Source: Chrysochromulina tobinii (Eukaryota). Taken from it: a DNA stretch of 39,596 bases. The stretch covers positions 1-39,596 of the forward strand of contig JWZX01003357.1 of assembly GCA_001275005.1 (NCBI GenBank), in the 5' to 3' direction. Position numbers and translations under genes: made by a program. How positions within the stretch are numbered: position 1 is the stretch's first letter; each line of letters starts with the position of its first letter. A model generated the notes under the pieces. It was not told where the DNA came from. It worked only from the letters and a program-made list of their open reading frames with translations, and ran no database searches. Positions 36,519 through 39,596 of the stretch are shown in pieces.

Positions 36519-39452
36519 TCACGTGCGCAGCGCCTCCCACGGTAGCACGGAGGGTCGGTCCTCACCTTGGCCCCCCATACCAAAAGGGACGTACGCCTCG
36601 TTCTCCTCTTCGCCCTCGTTGTAGTCGACGTCGTACTCGTCATAGATGGGGAGCGAGTCGCTCGAGCCCCACCGCTCGGGAACGTCGCCCAGCTGTTGGA
36701 GCTGCTGCCGGAAGATCCCCATCCTTTCGCGTACCTCGTCGAGCGCCTCCTCGAGCGCCGCCACCTCCTCCTGGCACGCGCCCGCCACGATGCGGGCCTC
36801 GAGGGCACTTTCGACCGCTGCGCGCGCCGCCGCCGCCTCAGGGCACTCCTCAGGGCCTATCGAGGACGCCCTCGGCTTGTCTGTGGCCGGCGCACTCCCC
36901 TCGCCGTCCTGCGCTGCGCCGTCGGTGGTCACAATGGCGTCGGTCGCGGCGGCGCGCGGACTCTGGGCAATTTGAAGCACAGCCTCCACCTCGGCACCGG
37001 GCGGCGCCACAAGGGGTGGTGGTGCATCCAGATCTGGCGCATCCAGATCGAGGGCGTGGTCGTTGCTATCATCAAAGGGCAGCAGATGATGTGCTGCTTC
37101 GAATGCGGCGCGGCGCGGAGCGTGGCCGTTGGCGCTGCTGCCTATCATTCTGGTGGGCGAGTCGGCCACTGTGGCGGGCGCTGTGGCGGGCGAGTCGGTC
37201 GCCCCGGCGAAGCTCGTCGCCTCGAAACCGTTAACGAAACCGTTGGACCATGGTTCGTTCGTAAAGCCCGCGACTATGAGCTCCTTGAGGGCGAGCTCGC
37301 GAGATCGCCGTGGGGAGATGCTCGAGTGTGGGGAGATGCTCGAGTGTGGGGCGATGCTCGAGCTGCTCGAGTCGGCCACTGTCGTGGGCGCTGTGGCGGG
37401 CGCTGTGGCGGACGAGGCTCCCACGGTGGCTACTGCGCCCACTGTGCCTCCACTGCCACTCGTCGTTCGTGACGCCGATGGAGACACCGCATCATCGGGT
37501 CCATCGATCATTCGCAGAACCTCCGCACTCCGTTCGGTCACTGCGTCCACAAGGCCAGCGACAGATCTACGGAACCATCCGTGGATGGAGTTGAGCTCAT
37601 CGCTCGCGCACTTGGAAGAGGCGGCCGAGATAGCAACGCGAGTGGTCTTCACAGTGGTCTTCGCATCCTCGGGGCCGTGAATGGCGGCGGCGGCAAGCCC
37701 ACCGGCAGCCGGCTCCTCCGTCATGCGTACCACCAACGCTGAGCGCACCACGGCCGGGCAGATGTCGCTCACGAGGTCGGCGCGTCTCGCCGCCTCAGCC
37801 GCCTCAGCCGCCTCGGCTGCCGGCGCGACCACGTATCCACGTGTCCACGTGTCGAGCGCGTGCGTGACCGCCTCGGCCGCACACGCAGCGCCGAGAAGCG
37901 CAATCGCGAGCACATCCGCTGCACTCGCCGCGCGCGCCGCCTCGGCCGCTGCCTCGGCCGCCGCCTCGAGCTCCGCGACGAGCTCTGCCTCGTGCAGTGC
38001 ACTCTCGTCGAGCGCTTCGCGCAGTTCGACAATGGCCAAACGGCCGAGCGTGCTGCGGAGCGCATCGATCTGGGCCGCGAGGACGTCGTTCTGCTGGCGT
38101 AGCGCCTCCCGTCCACTCAAGCCATCGCCGATGCTATCCTCGCTCTCAGTGCGGCCCAGCGCCACCACCGCTGCACCTGCGGCCGCCGTGTGACTCACAT
38201 CCGCCTTGGCCCCGGCCGCGTGCTCGTGCGCGATCAGGGCGGCAAGCTGGGCCTGGAGGGCGGCGCGCTCGCGCTCGAGCGTCTCGAGCGCCGCACTGCT
38301 TCCCTCGCCGCCGCTGCCGGCGACCTCGCCGCCGCTGCTGCTGCTGCTGCTGGCTGGTCGCCCGGCGGCGGCGGCGCCGACGGTCTGTGTGGCCGTTGGA
38401 GCGGAGCCATCGTCGTCGTACCCATCGAGGTAGGACGCATCGGTGACCTCGGTGCCCTTGGCGCCTTCGGTGCCCTCAGTGGAAATGCGCTCAACGAGCG
38501 GCTCGGCAGTGGGCGCCGCCGCCGTCTGCCACGACACACGCCGCGCAATGCCGCCGCCCGCGCCGCTGCTGCCTCTGCTGCTGCCGCCACGGCCGCCCGT
38601 GGGGCCAGCGGCAAAGACGGAGGCGGAGAGGCCGAGGGCGGTGGCAGCGCGCATCTGCACGCTGCCACCGACGACGCTCGCTGCGATGCCCGTGGGCGGC
38701 TCCGTGGAAGTCACTCCCGCTGTCGCCGAGACGAGGACCTCTGGCTTGGGAACGGCGGCGGCGGCATTGCTCGTGCTCACGTGCAGACCGCCCTCGAGGC
38801 CGTGGACAAGCGCCTCGAGCGAGGCCATAGGTGGCAGGCCGGCGTCCGCGTCAGCGGGCGTGCCGGCGCTGCTCGGTGCAACTGCGAGGCAACTGCTGCT
38901 CGCCGCGGCAATCCTGGCAATCGCGCCTGGCGAGGCCAGCGGAGGGCGAAGGCTCCCCGGGCTGTCGCCTGGCGACGCAAAGTGCGGGCTGCCAAACTGC
39001 GCGATGGGCGAGGTGGGCCTTCCGCCCGCCCGGCTCGTGCGGAGCGCGGCCTCGGCGGCGCTTTCGCCGATTGCGCGTGCCCACTTTTCGCACTCAGAGC
39101 TCCCGCCCGCTGCAAAGAAGTAGTTCCCAGAGCGTGCCTGCACCCAGAAAACGTTCGGAGTGCCGCGCACGAGCTCGCGCGAGGGCACGCAGATAGCACC
39201 GACGAGGGGAATGCGCTCGGTCGCGGCGGGCGGCGGCTCGCGGAGGCTCCAGTCAGCACGGGTGTTCTTGAATGTGCAGAGCACTGGCAGCTGTGAACGG
39301 CGGTCGCGGAAGAGGACGAGCCACCGGGGGCGCCAGAGGCCGAGGTGGCGGCTCTCCTTCTGCGCCCAGCCCTCGTGCAGGATCTCGGCAGTCTCTTGCC
39401 GGTTCAAGCCGCCAAGTTGGCGTTCGACGCCGGCCATTTGCTGCATAGCCAT
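36519..39452 (-). CDS. PH-domain protein with coiled coils and low-complexity regions
   Basis: PH motif ILHEGWAQKESRHLGLWRPRWLVLF...NYFFAAGGSSECEKWARAI; heptad-rich segments; short coding repeats (SSISPH-like x3). Probable start ATG 39452, because the upstream part of the track ORF overlaps a dispersed repeat. Confidence 0.8.
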   Translation of the reverse strand: MAMQQMAGVERQLGGLNRQETAEILHEGWAQKESRHLGLWRPRWLVLFRDRRSQLPVLCTFKNTRADWSLREPPPAATERIPLVGAICVPSRELVRGTPNVFWVQARSGNYFFAAGGSSECEKWARAIGESAAEAALRTSRAGGRPTSPIAQFGSPHFASPGDSPGSLRPPLASPGAIARIAAASSSCLAVAPSSAGTPADADAGLPPMASLEALVHGLEGGLHVSTSNAAAAVPKPEVLVSATAGVTSTEPPTGIAASVVGGSVQMRAATALGLSASVFAAGPTGGRGGSSRGSSGAGGGIARRVSWQTAAAPTAEPLVERISTEGTEGAKGTEVTDASYLDGYDDDGSAPTATQTVGAAAAGRPASSSSSSGGEVAGSGGEGSSAALETLERERAALQAQLAALIAHEHAAGAKADVSHTAAAGAAVVALGRTESEDSIGDGLSGREALRQQNDVLAAQIDALRSTLGRLAIVELREALDESALHEAELVAELEAAAEAAAEAARAASAADVLAIALLGAACAAEAVTHALDTWTRGYVVAPAAEAAEAAEAARRADLVSDICPAVVRSALVVRMTEEPAAGGLAAAAIHGPEDAKTTVKTTRVAISAASSKCASDELNSIHGWFRRSVAGLVDAVTERSAEVLRMIDGPDDAVSPSASRTTSGSGGTVGAVATVGASSATAPATAPTTVADSSSSSIAPHSSISPHSSISPRRSRELALKELIVAGFTNEPWSNGFVNGFEATSFAGATDSPATAPATVADSPTRMIGSSANGHAPRRAAFEAAHHLLPFDDSNDHALDLDAPDLDAPPPLVAPPGAEVEAVLQIAQSPRAAATDAIVTTDGAAQDGEGSAPATDKPRASSIGPEECPEAAAARAAVESALEARIVAGACQEEVAALEEALDEVRERMGIFRQQLQQLGDVPERWGSSDSLPIYDEYDVDYNEGEEENEAYVPFGMGGQGEDRPSVLPWEALRT

Positions 39453-39483
39453 TTGCTCGACGCCATTTGCTCGACGCCGGTCA

Positions 39484-39596
39484 TTCACAGCTCTCACAGT
39501 AGACCGGGTAGTAAACCTGGTCGCGCGTTGAAACGTTGAATTGCGGTTCATCAAAGCTACACAAACGCAGCCTGGTGAGCGCGACAACCCGGTCCC
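39484..39596 (-). repeat. Dispersed element, copy B, upstream of the PH gene; runs to the window end
   Basis: agtaaacctggtcgcgcgttgaaac..ttgc...tcatcaaagctacacaa..gcagcctggtgagcgcga....ccggtccc is the reverse complement of 18999-19083. Confidence 0.85.

Noticed and set aside
39453..39587. N-terminal 45 aa of the 1022-aa track ORF
   Set aside because: It overlaps the dispersed non-coding element shared with 18999-19083, so the start is more likely ATG 39452.

Overview
GC-rich, gene-dense eukaryotic nuclear DNA, most likely from a haptophyte alga. That assignment is inferred from short GT-AG/GC-AG introns, signal-peptide-led plastid proteins and a U-box/SEL1 gene. The main feature is missing from the supplied ORF track: one uninterrupted minus-strand ORF from ATG 10847 off the left edge (>=3,615 codons). 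It encodes a PH domain, two very long arrays of ~33-aa Sfi1-like (centrin-binding-type) repeats, and a central pair of transmembrane helices enclosing an Ala-rich coiled coil. A second unusual gene (27872-32040, minus) is a myosin motor with an IQ motif, a charged helix, a CEP164-like WW module and a C-terminal Tubby domain, joined across one frameshift. Other genes encode a METTL21-like methyltransferase, a U-box/SEL1 protein, an ankyrin protein, a multi-EF-hand protein, a bacterial-type C5 DNA methyltransferase, an HTTM-like membrane protein, a PsbP/PPD7-like protein, a tRNA-binding OB protein, a membrane-anchored RBR-like E3, a TM/DUF900-like hydrolase and a PH/coiled-coil protein. Intergenic DNA holds a 5'-truncated RLE-type non-LTR retroelement with three more short terminal copies, a hairpin motif present three times, and an ~85-110 bp element upstream of two unrelated genes. 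All domain calls are manual motif recognition; no searches were run.
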